A stretch of 64,000 bases of DNA from Candidatus Binatia bacterium. Its GTDB lineage: Bacteria; Desulfobacterota; Binatia; Bin18. The stretch is taken from NCBI GenBank assembly GCA_963664395.2, contig OY761159.2, positions 864,001-928,000 on the forward strand, given 5' to 3'. Shown one piece after another: positions 55,108-64,000 of this stretch. The position numbers were made by a program, and so were the translations under genes. Within the stretch, counting starts at the first letter, position 1. The number at the start of each line of letters is the position of its first letter. Below the pieces are notes generated by a model that did no database searches, had not been told where the DNA came from, and worked only from the letters and a program-made list of their open reading frames with translations.

Positions 55108-57036
55108 TCAGTCCATGTCGAATTCACTCAAATCGACGCCGATGGTTTTCGCTTTACGCTTGAGAAGCCAAGTCAAGCACCGATTCTTCACCCACTCGTG
55201 GAGGTGTCTTACATTGGAGCCAACCACGAGATTCGCCAGCGTCAGTAGGGCTAACGCTATCATAGAGCCCCCGGTGAGACCCCAGACGGTGATTGGAGCG
55301 GTTGAACGTAGTCCTAATCCAGCGAATAAGCCAACCACGAGAATAATCCCAGTGATTCCTGAGAAAATCCAAGCCAAGACCCTTGCGTTACGGAGGCACT
55401 GCCAATAAATATTTCTCATTATCTCCTGATTGTGAATCCGCTGGGACTTGAGCGTATCCCGAGTTTTCTGGTGCGCCTCCTGCTCCTCCGTAAGCCTCTC
55501 AGACTCCTCTTTTCTGATCGCTTTGGACACGTATTCGAGAGTCTGTATGACCGTCTCTGTTGTAAGAGCAGTATCCTCACCGAGCGTGAGGTGCATGAGT
55601 TCGGAATATACCAGAGGACTGCTTCTAAGAAGCTGATGGTCACGCGCAGTAATGTCTCCTCGATTCTCAAGTCTATTTATCTCTGTCATAAACTTGCCCA
55701 ACAACTCACTAGAGGGCTCAAGCGCGGCGTAGGAAAGTGCAAGTAGTTGACTTTTCGGTATCGCAAGCGCCCCCATGGGCGCTTTCAGCCACGCCATATT
55801 CGCTAGGCTGAAGTCGGAAATCACGACTGATACGTCTTGTGATGACTCGTGCTGCTTGCCGTACTCCCAAGCTGCTCTGGCAAATGCAGTGTTGCTTGTT
55901 ACGAAAACGGCTCGGGCCTTTTCAAGAGAAGGCGCAAGTCTATTCCCTCTGATAGCGTAGATACTGCGAACGGAATTGATGTCATATTCCTTGGCCCGCG
56001 GGTTGAGATACGACACCTCTTCTTCAAGGATCTGTTCGAAGACCGTCTCATCAATTTGAAGAGCTCCGGTATAACGAGGAGTATCCTCTATCCCGATACC
56101 GGCCTCGCCAAGTTTGTCGTCTATCGATTCTGCGAGAAGCAGTAGATCCGACTTTGTTGTGCCACGCTTCCTCGCCTCATGGACGATAGGTGCGCGAGCA
56201 TCAGATGAATCCAGGTGAGCGGCGGCACTATGCAACACACCGTAAAGTTCCTGCCGGGAATGGGAAAACGCCGCGACCTTGCTTTCCAATTTACCCAGAA
56301 GATCGATCAATTCGTGCAATGCGGATTGTCTGGATTCGCCCTCAAGGCCTAGTCCTTGGATGAGCAGAGGTGTATCGAGGTAGAATGTCATTTTCTTATA
56401 GGTCTGGGAGGCGTTGTCGAGGTCAGGACACACTAGAGCATTGGCTAGCATATGACCTTGCACCAAGATCAGGAAGCTGTCGAACTGTTCCGGATCGGTC
56501 CGCTGCACGTGTTGGACATATTCACTGACTAGTACAATATCGGTCTGGTGGGTTCCCTCAATCCGAGGAATAGCCGTCCCTTGCAAGTATGCACGCAGGC
56601 ATGTGACGTCGAACCTTGCAAGGAACGCACATATGGCCAGAACAGCATCCTCGGGGCTAGAGATCGGTTTGGCTCCATCTTGCGAGAACTGCTGCAGCCC
56701 CGATACTACAGTGTCGATGTGGTGCTGTGCTTCGATCTGCCTGGCGGTAATTTGGGGATCAGGCAAGTCACCTGTTATCCGATATACATGGTCCTTCCTC
56801 TCGATGGCGTGGTTCCTGGAGATACGTTTCAACACTATCTCGACAGTTCGTTTAGGAATCTCCAACCCGAACTGTTCGCGTATGTGGTTGCTGACAACAT
56901 CATTTGTAATAGGGTCAGGTCTGTGATCCACCAGAACTTGAAGAATGAAAGGCCGAAGGTAATCAAGGTAGTTTCTACCCTGATCTACGGTGACTTTCAG
57001 AATCGCCAGACTGGTAAGTGTGGCCGTTGATATCAT
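55108..57036 (-). CDS. Hypothetical 642-aa protein (wHTH-like N-terminus, PIN-like core, coiled coil, two C-terminal TMs)
   Basis: GAGGGAGG RBS; FYLDTPLL; VFVTSN; two C-terminal hydrophobic helices; lower GC. Confidence 0.7.
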   Translation of the reverse strand: MISTATLTSLAILKVTVDQGRNYLDYLRPFILQVLVDHRPDPITNDVVSNHIREQFGLEIPKRTVEIVLKRISRNHAIERKDHVYRITGDLPDPQITARQIEAQHHIDTVVSGLQQFSQDGAKPISSPEDAVLAICAFLARFDVTCLRAYLQGTAIPRIEGTHQTDIVLVSEYVQHVQRTDPEQFDSFLILVQGHMLANALVCPDLDNASQTYKKMTFYLDTPLLIQGLGLEGESRQSALHELIDLLGKLESKVAAFSHSRQELYGVLHSAAAHLDSSDARAPIVHEARKRGTTKSDLLLLAESIDDKLGEAGIGIEDTPRYTGALQIDETVFEQILEEEVSYLNPRAKEYDINSVRSIYAIRGNRLAPSLEKARAVFVTSNTAFARAAWEYGKQHESSQDVSVVISDFSLANMAWLKAPMGALAIPKSQLLALSYAALEPSSELLGKFMTEINRLENRGDITARDHQLLRSSPLVYSELMHLTLGEDTALTTETVIQTLEYVSKAIRKEESERLTEEQEAHQKTRDTLKSQRIHNQEIMRNIYWQCLRNARVLAWIFSGITGIILVVGLFAGLGLRSTAPITVWGLTGGSMIALALLTLANLVVGSNVRHLHEWVKNRCLTWLLKRKAKTIGVDLSEFDMD

Positions 57037-57055
57037 TTGCCTCCCTCAAGCAGGG

Positions 57056-57370
57056 TCATTTGTCATTTCCCGGCCCTTTACTTTTAGATATCCCGACACG
57101 ACCTCGGTCGCCCAGCCCGAGGTCATTCAGAATCTGCTGCAGATCCGTCTCCATGTTCTGTGTAAACTGCGAGCTGCCGCTCACTGAGAACTCGATGCCG
57201 ACCCTGAGGTCATCTCCAGACCATAATTTGGGCAATATCTTGGTTCCGAGCCGGTTCCAGACTTCGGTGGGCACTGTGCCAACAAGGAGAAGTGTTGCTT
57301 TCCGATTTCCCGGGCTCGGTTCGGGACCGGGTTCTGGTTCAGGCTTTGGGTAAGGTCCTGGACCTGTCCT
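57056..57370 (-). pseudogene. C-terminal remnant resembling DUF499 ATPase proteins
   Basis: PEPEPGP linker, then LVGTVPTEVWNRLGTKILPKL...IEFSV...DLQQILNDLGL; no N-terminal ATPase. Confidence 0.55.
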
Positions 57371-57639
57371 TCGCGGATGGACACTTCAACACTCAACGTT
57401 GCCTCCCCGTTCTCAGCCATTCTTATTGGTCTCGCTTTTTTGCTGTCTTGCTCGGCGAACTGGAAAGCCCTTCAAGCGACCCAACGGTAGGCAGACTCTT
57501 TGGCTACCCTCGAAGAGAGGCCACGGGTAGCCAGAGAGTCCGCCAGCAAAACATATGGAAGTCGACTCTCTTGGTCAATTCAAGGTTGCCGCAGTTGGAA
57601 TTAGGATACGCCAGGAAAGGCATACTCTTGTTTTCGCCT

Positions 57640-58092
57640 TTACGCTTCAAGGTCCAGTGGATCGAGTGCGTTGGCATCTCCGCGACGCATGCGCTCCAGA
57701 CCATCTGCGCCGATGTCACAATACAGCTCGAACTGATTGCCTTCGGGATCAAGAAAATAGATGCTCTTGGTGATGCCGTGGTCAATCGTGGCGGTGATCT
57801 TCACGTCGTGGGCTTTGAGCGTCTGATAACCCTCTTTCAACTCGTCAAAGCTCCCGACCTGGAGGGCGACGTGGTGCAGGCCGACTTGCTTGTTTTTCAC
57901 CGGCTCGGCTTCCGGCGGCACTTCCAGGACGGCCAGGTCGTGATGTTGCTCACCCAGGGTGAAGAACACGCCCCGTGGCCGTTTGAGCCGGGTGACAACC
58001 TCGAAGCCCAGCACCTCGGTATAAAACTGCTCGGCGCGGACGAGGTCACACGCTTTGAGCACGACATGGCCGACTTTTTTGGGGCGAATCAT
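57640..58092 (-). CDS. VOC/glyoxalase family protein
   Basis: GHVVL...FYTEVLG...HHDLA...GLHHVA...SIYFLDPEGNQFELY. Confidence 0.92.
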   Translation of the reverse strand: MIRPKKVGHVVLKACDLVRAEQFYTEVLGFEVVTRLKRPRGVFFTLGEQHHDLAVLEVPPEAEPVKNKQVGLHHVALQVGSFDELKEGYQTLKAHDVKITATIDHGITKSIYFLDPEGNQFELYCDIGADGLERMRRGDANALDPLDLEA

Positions 58093-58222
58093 GGCAGGTC
58101 CTCCTTTCCTCCATACGCCCCCATACCACGGCTATCCCAATACCGTAAAGCTGGTATCGGAGGCTGCGGTTGACACAGGACAAAACCCCACGGTATGCCC
58201 AGTGCAGAAGGAGGGAATACTC

Positions 58223-58524
58223 ATGGAAATAAATGTCACTGGTGGATATGTGTCGGCTGACGGCCATGTGGTCGAGCCCGCAGACTTATGGACAACCCGG
58301 ATGGATAAGCGCTTTCGTGATTTGAGGATGATCGGGCGGGCATTCTGACGCGGGAACTCATTGGCGTTGAGCGTTTGATGTGGGGTTCTGATTATCCGCA
58401 CACCGAGGGTACGTTTCCGTATTCTCAGGAGCAGATCATGAAAGACTTGCTCGGCGTACCTGAAGACGAAGCCTATAAGATGGTAGCCGGCAATGCGGCG
58501 AGTCTGTACGGTTTGAGTGCCTAG
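58223..58524 (+). pseudogene. Amidohydrolase_2-family pseudogene with internal deletion and frameshift
   Basis: MEINVTGGYVSADGHVVEPADLW...RFRD joined out of frame to FEDDRAG...LMWGSDYPHTEGTFP...GNAASLYGL*. Confidence 0.85.
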
Positions 58525-58591
58525 AGATGGGGGCGGGGATGCTCCCCATATGAGCGGGGTGTCCCTCAGGGAACATAGAGAGGAGAGCGTA

Positions 58592-59248
58592 ATGGCAGAA
58601 GCAGGAGAAGCTGGAATTTTTGAAATTATGTATTCGACCCGTGCAATGCGGCGACTCAAACCCGACCCCATTCCGGAAGAAACCCTCAAGAAAATTGTTG
58701 ACGCCGGCATCCGGGCGCCTAGCGGCGGCAATATGCAGGACTGGGCGTTCATCCTGGTACGCGAGACCGAGCGGAAACGTTTTATCCGCGACTATTACTG
58801 GAACACCTGGCAGAAGCTCATGGGTGAGCGTGGTATCCCGGATGATATGCCCCCACCTCAGCAACGTATGCTTGGCGCGGCGGCCCATTTGGCAGCGCAT
58901 TTGGACGAAGCGCCGGTTCTGCTCCTGGCCTGCACCAAAACGGAATATCTCCCCCTTGCCGCTATGAAGAGTGAACGGGCGAATGCCGCGGTCATACACG
59001 GCACGATCTATCCGGCGGTTCAAAATATTCTGCTCGCCTGTCGTGCCCTGGGCGTTGGGGCAACACTGACGACCATCCATTGTCTCTTTGAAGAAGAACT
59101 TAAACAGAAGTTCAACATCCCGGCGGACATGGAAGTCTCGGCGCTGATTCCGATGGGCTATCCGCAAGGCAACTTCGGCCCGGTCTCACGAGCGCCAGTG
59201 GAAGAAGTCATCCATTGGGACGATTGGGACAACAAGCAGAGCGCCTGA
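58592..59248 (+). CDS. Nitroreductase family protein
   Basis: TRAMRRLKPDPIP, RAPSGGNMQDW, AVQNILLACRALGVG, IPMGYP. Confidence 0.92.
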   Translation: MAEAGEAGIFEIMYSTRAMRRLKPDPIPEETLKKIVDAGIRAPSGGNMQDWAFILVRETERKRFIRDYYWNTWQKLMGERGIPDDMPPPQQRMLGAAAHLAAHLDEAPVLLLACTKTEYLPLAAMKSERANAAVIHGTIYPAVQNILLACRALGVGATLTTIHCLFEEELKQKFNIPADMEVSALIPMGYPQGNFGPVSRAPVEEVIHWDDWDNKQSA

Positions 59249-59277
59249 CACCCCGCACGCGAGAAAAGGAGGGACCC

Positions 59278-59676
59278 ATGGGAGCTGCTGAAAACAAACA
59301 AGTAATCCAAGCGGCCTTTGATGCCTGGGCCGGTGGGGACGGGGCGGCATTCTTTAATACCTTAGCCGAGGATGTCCAATGGACGGTCATTGGCACCAGT
59401 CCCGTCTCGCGCACCTACACCAGCCGTCAGGCATTTTTAGACGGAGCGGCCAAGCCCTTGAACGCCAAGCTGGCCGGGCCCATTCAGCCGACGGTGGTCA
59501 ATATCATTGCCGAAGGGGACAACGTCGTCCTGCAGTGGGAAGGCAAGGCCACGACCAAAGCCGGTGCACCCTATAACAACAGCTATTGTTGGGTGATGCG
59601 GCTCGCGGACGGCAAGGTGCGGGAAGGCACGGCCTATATTGATACGGCGCTGGTGGCTGACTTGTGGCAGTCATAG
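59278..59676 (+). CDS. NTF2/SnoaL-like (ketosteroid-isomerase-like) protein
   Basis: LAEDVQWTV, IAEGDNVV, YNNSYCWVM...YIDT. Confidence 0.88.
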   Translation: MGAAENKQVIQAAFDAWAGGDGAAFFNTLAEDVQWTVIGTSPVSRTYTSRQAFLDGAAKPLNAKLAGPIQPTVVNIIAEGDNVVLQWEGKATTKAGAPYNNSYCWVMRLADGKVREGTAYIDTALVADLWQS

Positions 59677-59705
59677 CCAGTGTCCGAATTTGTCTCTATA
59701 GGCGT

Positions 59706-60896
59706 TCAGGCCCAAATCGCGTCGTCATCCATCAGCGGGATGCCAAAGGCCGCCTTGCCCAACAGCTCTAAGGTCTGGTCTGACCCAACGGGATGAAACA
59801 GGGCGGCCCGTACGTCGCGGTAATACCGCTCCAAAGGGAACCGCTTAAAATACGAGGCTCCCCCAACAGCTCGTAAGGCCAGATCGACTACCCGGACCGC
59901 ATTCTCCATCGCAACGGTGCGCGCCGCTACGCTTTTGCGTACCCACGTCTGCGGGTCTTCGATGTCCGCCTCGGCTGCGGCCTTCCACACTATGGCGCGG
60001 GCGCTCTCGATCAGCAGGTCCATCTCGCCGACCTTGTTATACACGCTGGGCAGATGACTCATGGGGGTTTTGAGCGGAAAGCGAGGACGGTCACGCATGA
60101 ATTCGACCACGAAATCTCGCGCGGCAACGGCAATGCCGAGGTAGGGCGCGGCAATTGTAAACGGTGCTCTGAGAAAAAGATTCGTAATTCCGCCACGGGT
60201 AAAAGCTGGCCGTTGCAGTGTCACGGCCGACTCTGGAACAAATGCCTGGGTGAGGGTGGTACTCCGTGACGCCGTTGCGCGCATCCCCAGGGTATACCAG
60301 TCGTCCTTGAAGATAAGACCCGGCGTGTCAGGCAGGATGAGGAAGGAGATAATGGTTTCCCCTTCAGGACCGTCTTGCCACAACGCTTCGCTGAAATAGC
60401 GGTCCAGCGCAATACTTTGGGTACTAAAGATTTTCCGGCCACTGACCTGCCAGCCACCGTCTACCCGTTCCGCAACAGCCCGAGGTCGTAAAACAGGAAT
60501 GGCATTATCCGGCTCAGACGCCGAACCACCGCAGATCAACCGCTCACGGGCAATGCCCCGCAGGATATCGGCCCGTTTGGAATCGTGGAACCTGCGCCAT
60601 AAATCGACCAGCAGGCCAATAACATTAAAGTGCATGTTAATAGCCAGGGCAGTCGGCGCACAGCCTTGGCCCAGCCGTTCCTGGGCCTTGATCCGTTCCA
60701 ACAGACTCGCGCCACCTCCTCCCAGCTCTTCGGGGATAGTCATGACGGTGTAGCCGCTCTCCTTGAGACGAGCGTAGTTTTCGTACGGAAAAGACCCCTC
60801 CTCATCATGCTGGGCCGCACGTTGGGCAAAGTCATCGGCCAGTGATGCCGCAAGGTCAATAAAGCGTTGCTCGCGTGGTGTATGGAACTGATTCAT
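59706..60896 (-). CDS. Acyl-CoA dehydrogenase family protein
   Basis: HDEEGSFP, IPEELGGGG, SEP, GRKIFST, WYTLGMRATAS, LERYYRDVR. Confidence 0.9.
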   Translation of the reverse strand: MNQFHTPREQRFIDLAASLADDFAQRAAQHDEEGSFPYENYARLKESGYTVMTIPEELGGGGASLLERIKAQERLGQGCAPTALAINMHFNVIGLLVDLWRRFHDSKRADILRGIARERLICGGSASEPDNAIPVLRPRAVAERVDGGWQVSGRKIFSTQSIALDRYFSEALWQDGPEGETIISFLILPDTPGLIFKDDWYTLGMRATASRSTTLTQAFVPESAVTLQRPAFTRGGITNLFLRAPFTIAAPYLGIAVAARDFVVEFMRDRPRFPLKTPMSHLPSVYNKVGEMDLLIESARAIVWKAAAEADIEDPQTWVRKSVAARTVAMENAVRVVDLALRAVGGASYFKRFPLERYYRDVRAALFHPVGSDQTLELLGKAAFGIPLMDDDAIWA

Positions 60897-60924
60897 GGCT
60901 GTCCCCTTCCGTATGGCGGTCTGA

Positions 60925-60960
60925 GCGAATCTGGCGAATCTGGCGAATCTGGCGAATCTG
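60925..60960. repeat. 9-bp tandem repeat GCGAATCTG x4
   Basis: Read directly; divergent intergenic region. Confidence 0.95.
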
Positions 60961-61094
60961 TTTGTTCGGTGCCACACTCTACCAGCCTCAGTCCCGGCTT
61001 TGCCATATGTGACCGCCTCTTGTATTCTTGGCGATTCTCACGGAAAAGGTCTCAAAAGAGGAATATTGTACCGGAGAGAAAAGGAGGCGGGATA

Positions 61095-62012
61095 ATGAAA
61101 CTCTACCGTTCGACCATGTTTGTTCCGGGGAATCGGCCCGACTGGATAGACAAAGCGCCAAAGTACGGCCCAGATGCGCTGATGTTGGACCTCGAAGACG
61201 CCGTGCCGATTACCAACAAGGTTGAAGCACGCCACATCGTCCGCACCGGGATTGAAGGTCTGCGCGGCAGAGACGTGGGCGTTTTTGTACGCCTCAACGG
61301 TGTGGATACCGGTCTGACCGGCGAGGACATCGAAGCCATTGTGACGGCAGGGCTCGACGCGGTGGCCATACCTAAACTGGAGACGGTCGAGGAGGTCCTC
61401 AAGGTTGATGCCTGGCTGGAGTTGTTTGAACGCAAGGCCGGCCTGCCCATCGGCACAGTCGAGATCATGGCCCTGCCCGAAACCGCACGCGGCATCATGG
61501 ACGCCTATAAACTGGCCACGGCCTGTCCGCGGGTTGGGAATATCATCGGCGGCGTTGGTGCCCGGTCCGGGGACGTGACCAGGGCCGTTGGCTATAAGTG
61601 GACGCGCCAGGGCCTGGAAACGCTGTATATGGCCTCGCATATTCTCCTGGCCGCGCGGGCCGCGGGCATTGAATATCCGATTGGTGGCGGCTCGCTCGAA
61701 GTCGGCGATATCGAGCTGGTGCGGTCGCAAATCCAGCGCGGGCGGGAAGTGGGCTTTCGCGGTTGCCTGCTGATCCATCCGTCTGCCGTGCCCATTGCCA
61801 ACGAGATTTTTTCGCCCTCTCAGGAAGAGATTGAGTGGAATAAGGGCGTGATGCAGGCTATGGCTGACGCCGAAAAAGCGGGCAAAGCGGCAGTCACCTA
61901 TGACGGCATGATGATCGACTACGCCCACGTCCGCAACGCCCTGGAATTGCTCCAGCAGGCGGAATCGTTCGGGATTGAGGTCGGCGAGTATGCCGACGTG
62001 AAGGCGTTGTAG
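61095..62012 (+). CDS. CitE/malyl-CoA lyase-like (HpcH/HpaI aldolase-citrate lyase family)
   Basis: RSTMFVPGNR, DLEDAV, VRLN, IPKLE, ETARG, LIHP, GMMID; AGGAGG RBS. Confidence 0.9.
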   Translation: MKLYRSTMFVPGNRPDWIDKAPKYGPDALMLDLEDAVPITNKVEARHIVRTGIEGLRGRDVGVFVRLNGVDTGLTGEDIEAIVTAGLDAVAIPKLETVEEVLKVDAWLELFERKAGLPIGTVEIMALPETARGIMDAYKLATACPRVGNIIGGVGARSGDVTRAVGYKWTRQGLETLYMASHILLAARAAGIEYPIGGGSLEVGDIELVRSQIQRGREVGFRGCLLIHPSAVPIANEIFSPSQEEIEWNKGVMQAMADAEKAGKAAVTYDGMMIDYAHVRNALELLQQAESFGIEVGEYADVKAL

Positions 62013-62020
62013 GGGTAAGC

Positions 62021-62287
62021 GTGCGCTTTGCGGGAAGAATGCATAAAGCCGGGAAATTCTGGCTCGCAGAAATCCCTATCCTTGATGCCATGACTCAAGG
62101 ACATACACGCAAGGAAACGTTCGAGATGGTCGCGGATTTGGTAGAGACCCTGGCCGATAAAGACGGGTTTTCCGTGACCGTCCACGCGGGAAAAAACGGT
62201 ACCTTTGAGGTGAGTTCCTCAGACACCCGAACCATGGTCAGCTTGCTCCTTCAGCGCCAGCGAGTAGGTCGGATTAGCGTAGCGTAA
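62021..62287 (+). pseudogene. HicB-like antitoxin fragment truncated by a REP doublet
   Basis: WLAEIPILDAMTQGHTRKETFEMVAD (HicB-like); ORF runs into the REP at 62264 and stops inside it. Confidence 0.55.
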
Positions 62288-62337
62288 TCCGACAAGCGCG
62301 ACCGCGTCGGCTTACGCCTGCGGCTAAGCCGACCTAC
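62264..62337. repeat. GTAG-type REP doublet
   Basis: GTAGGTCGGATTAGCGTAGCGTAATCCGACA...GTCGGCTTACGCCTGCGGCTAAGCCGACCTAC. Confidence 0.85.
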
Positions 62338-62362
62338 AAGACTTCGGTCAGACGAAGCCGCT

Positions 62363-64000
62363 CTATTCTCCGGCAAAATACGCCCGTGCTCTTCCCAGCG
62401 CCATGAGCGGAAAGTAGTGCCGGTACAGATTGTAGTTGATCATAAACCCGCGCTGGAGTTCTGTGCCCTGCATGAAGCGTTTTTTCATCTCCTGAACGTG
62501 CAGGTTGGCGCGCGCCCCCGTGCCGTAGCCGGGAAAGCCGGTGCCGGTGTAATAGGGCTCATCCCAGGTGCCGTCCTGTTGCGTACGGAGCAGATAGTCG
62601 AGTCCGGTATGAATCGCGTCGTCAAAACGATGGCCCTCAATGGACAGCAGGGCCAGTAAGGCCCAGGCCGTCTGCGAGGCCGTGCTTGGGCCCGTGCCGC
62701 GTAGGCGGTCGTCCATATAGGACGCGCAGGTCTCGCCCCACCCTTCGTCGGCGTTTTGATGCTCGGCCAGCCACTGACCGGCCTTATGCACATAGGCCGC
62801 GCTCATGTCCTGGCCTATGGCTCTCAAGGCCGGCAGGACCGCCGCGGTCCCGTAAATATGATTGACCCCCCAACGGCCAAACCAACTGCCCTCCGGCTCC
62901 TGCTCGGCCAGGACATAATCGAGCGCGCGGCGCAGGGCCGGGTGGGAGGCGTCATACCCGAGTATGCCAAAGGCTTCGAGTACGTGCGCGGTGACATCCA
63001 CACTGGGCGGATCAAGCGCCTCGCCAAAGTCGCAGAAGGGAATCTTGGTCAGCAAGTCTTTGTCATTGTTCTTGTCAAACGCGCCCCAGCCACCATTGTC
63101 TGACTGCATGGCCAGCACCCAGGCTTTTGCGCGGTCAATCGGGGCGTCAAAACGGCTGTCGCCTGGATTTTGTGCACGTAAATGGGCCAGTACAATCAAG
63201 GCCACCGCGGTGTCGTCCACGTCCGGATAGGCGGCGTTCGCCCGCTCAAACGCCCAGCCTCCGGGACGGACCGTCGGGACTTTGACTTGCCAATCTCCAA
63301 ACGTGTCCACTTCTTTGTTCAACACCCACCGGAGCGCCTGTTGCATGGGCTCCGACTGCTGTAACTGGAAACCACAGTCGGTCATCGCCAGCAGGGCCAT
63401 CAGGGTATCCCAAATGGGAGATTCGCTGGCCTGAATATGCAGGCTGCCGTCGCGCTCATAGGACCAGTGGTCATCAAGAGCAGATAGCCCCTTGGCCATG
63501 ACCGGATGCGATAGCTGGTAGCCCTCGACATTAAGGGCCATCAGGCTATAAATCCAGGGCGGTTGAATCCCCCCCCAGGCCCCGTCGGCATCCTGGTGGC
63601 GAATAATCCATTCCACACTCTGCCGAATGGCGACCTCGCGACCCGGCAAGACCCCAAGCTTCTGATACGCGTGCAGGAATTTGTCAGCCGCAAAAAAGAA
63701 CGACTGCCACAAACCTGTCCGTGCCGGCAGGTCGTAGTTCATATTCTCACGCCCTTCGGGAAAAAGTTCGTCCAAGCGACAGTCCGGCGGCAGGGGCCGG
63801 ACGACGTGTCGGGCGGACAGAATGGTGAGAGGGACAATCGTTGCGCGTGCCCAGGAAGCAAAATTATAGATGCTGAACGGAAACCATTTGGGGAAGAATA
63901 TAACCTCAGGCGGCAGGTTGGGCGTTTTCTCCCACGGCCATTCGCCGATCAGCGCAAACCAGTAGCGGGTAAACACCCGTACCTGACTCAAACCACCATG
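62363..64000 (-). CDS. shc: Squalene-hopene cyclase (5' end beyond the right edge)
   Basis: YPDVDDTA catalytic motif; QW repeats (QDADGAW, QSDNGGW, QEPEGSW, QNADEGW); FGEALDPPSVDVT; YTGTGFP. Confidence 0.95.
   Translation of the reverse strand, partial: HGGLSQVRVFTRYWFALIGEWPWEKTPNLPPEVIFFPKWFPFSIYNFASWARATIVPLTILSARHVVRPLPPDCRLDELFPEGRENMNYDLPARTGLWQSFFFAADKFLHAYQKLGVLPGREVAIRQSVEWIIRHQDADGAWGGIQPPWIYSLMALNVEGYQLSHPVMAKGLSALDDHWSYERDGSLHIQASESPIWDTLMALLAMTDCGFQLQQSEPMQQALRWVLNKEVDTFGDWQVKVPTVRPGGWAFERANAAYPDVDDTAVALIVLAHLRAQNPGDSRFDAPIDRAKAWVLAMQSDNGGWGAFDKNNDKDLLTKIPFCDFGEALDPPSVDVTAHVLEAFGILGYDASHPALRRALDYVLAEQEPEGSWFGRWGVNHIYGTAAVLPALRAIGQDMSAAYVHKAGQWLAEHQNADEGWGETCASYMDDRLRGTGPSTASQTAWALLALLSIEGHRFDDAIHTGLDYLLRTQQDGTWDEPYYTGTGFPGYGTGARANLHVQEMKKRFMQGTELQRGFMINYNLYRHYFPLMALGRARAYFAGE

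Noticed and set aside
57400-57620. Possible IS end or transposase remnant
   Set aside because: No convincing motif or partner inverted repeat by eye.

Overview
GC-rich bacterial chromosomal window of mostly metabolic genes. These include amidase, amidohydrolases, acyl-CoA enzymes, a methylmalonyl-CoA mutase large subunit, a DUF1329/DUF1302 pair, a LuxE/LuxC-like pair and squalene-hopene cyclase, plus tRNA-Leu(CAA). Gene content and a secreted protein with 'LENPG...GLLFNWNLLGDG' C-terminal repeats resemble host-associated Binatota/deltaproteobacterial genomes; this taxonomy is only an inference. Main observations: (1) a non-canonical ergothioneine-type operon, ATP-grasp ligase - egtC - egtB - egtD - asparaginase-like gene, with no egtA/egtE visible; (2) a 3562-bp transposase-less IS1595-like cassette (22-bp TIRs, perfect 8-bp target duplication, in-frame relic of a transposase C-terminus) carrying a single-chain restriction-modification gene and inserted in the middle of a REP-like doublet near tRNA-Leu; (3) further defence cargo: a type I R-M locus flanked by the same REP family, an Mrr gene with integron-cassette-like boundaries, and a decayed DUF499/SRAP/IS1380 islet around an intact 642-aa PIN-like/2TM gene; (4) genome-erosion signatures: internally deleted pseudogenes, many short tandem duplications and several REP/MITE families. 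All calls were made by eye from motifs; no database searches were run.
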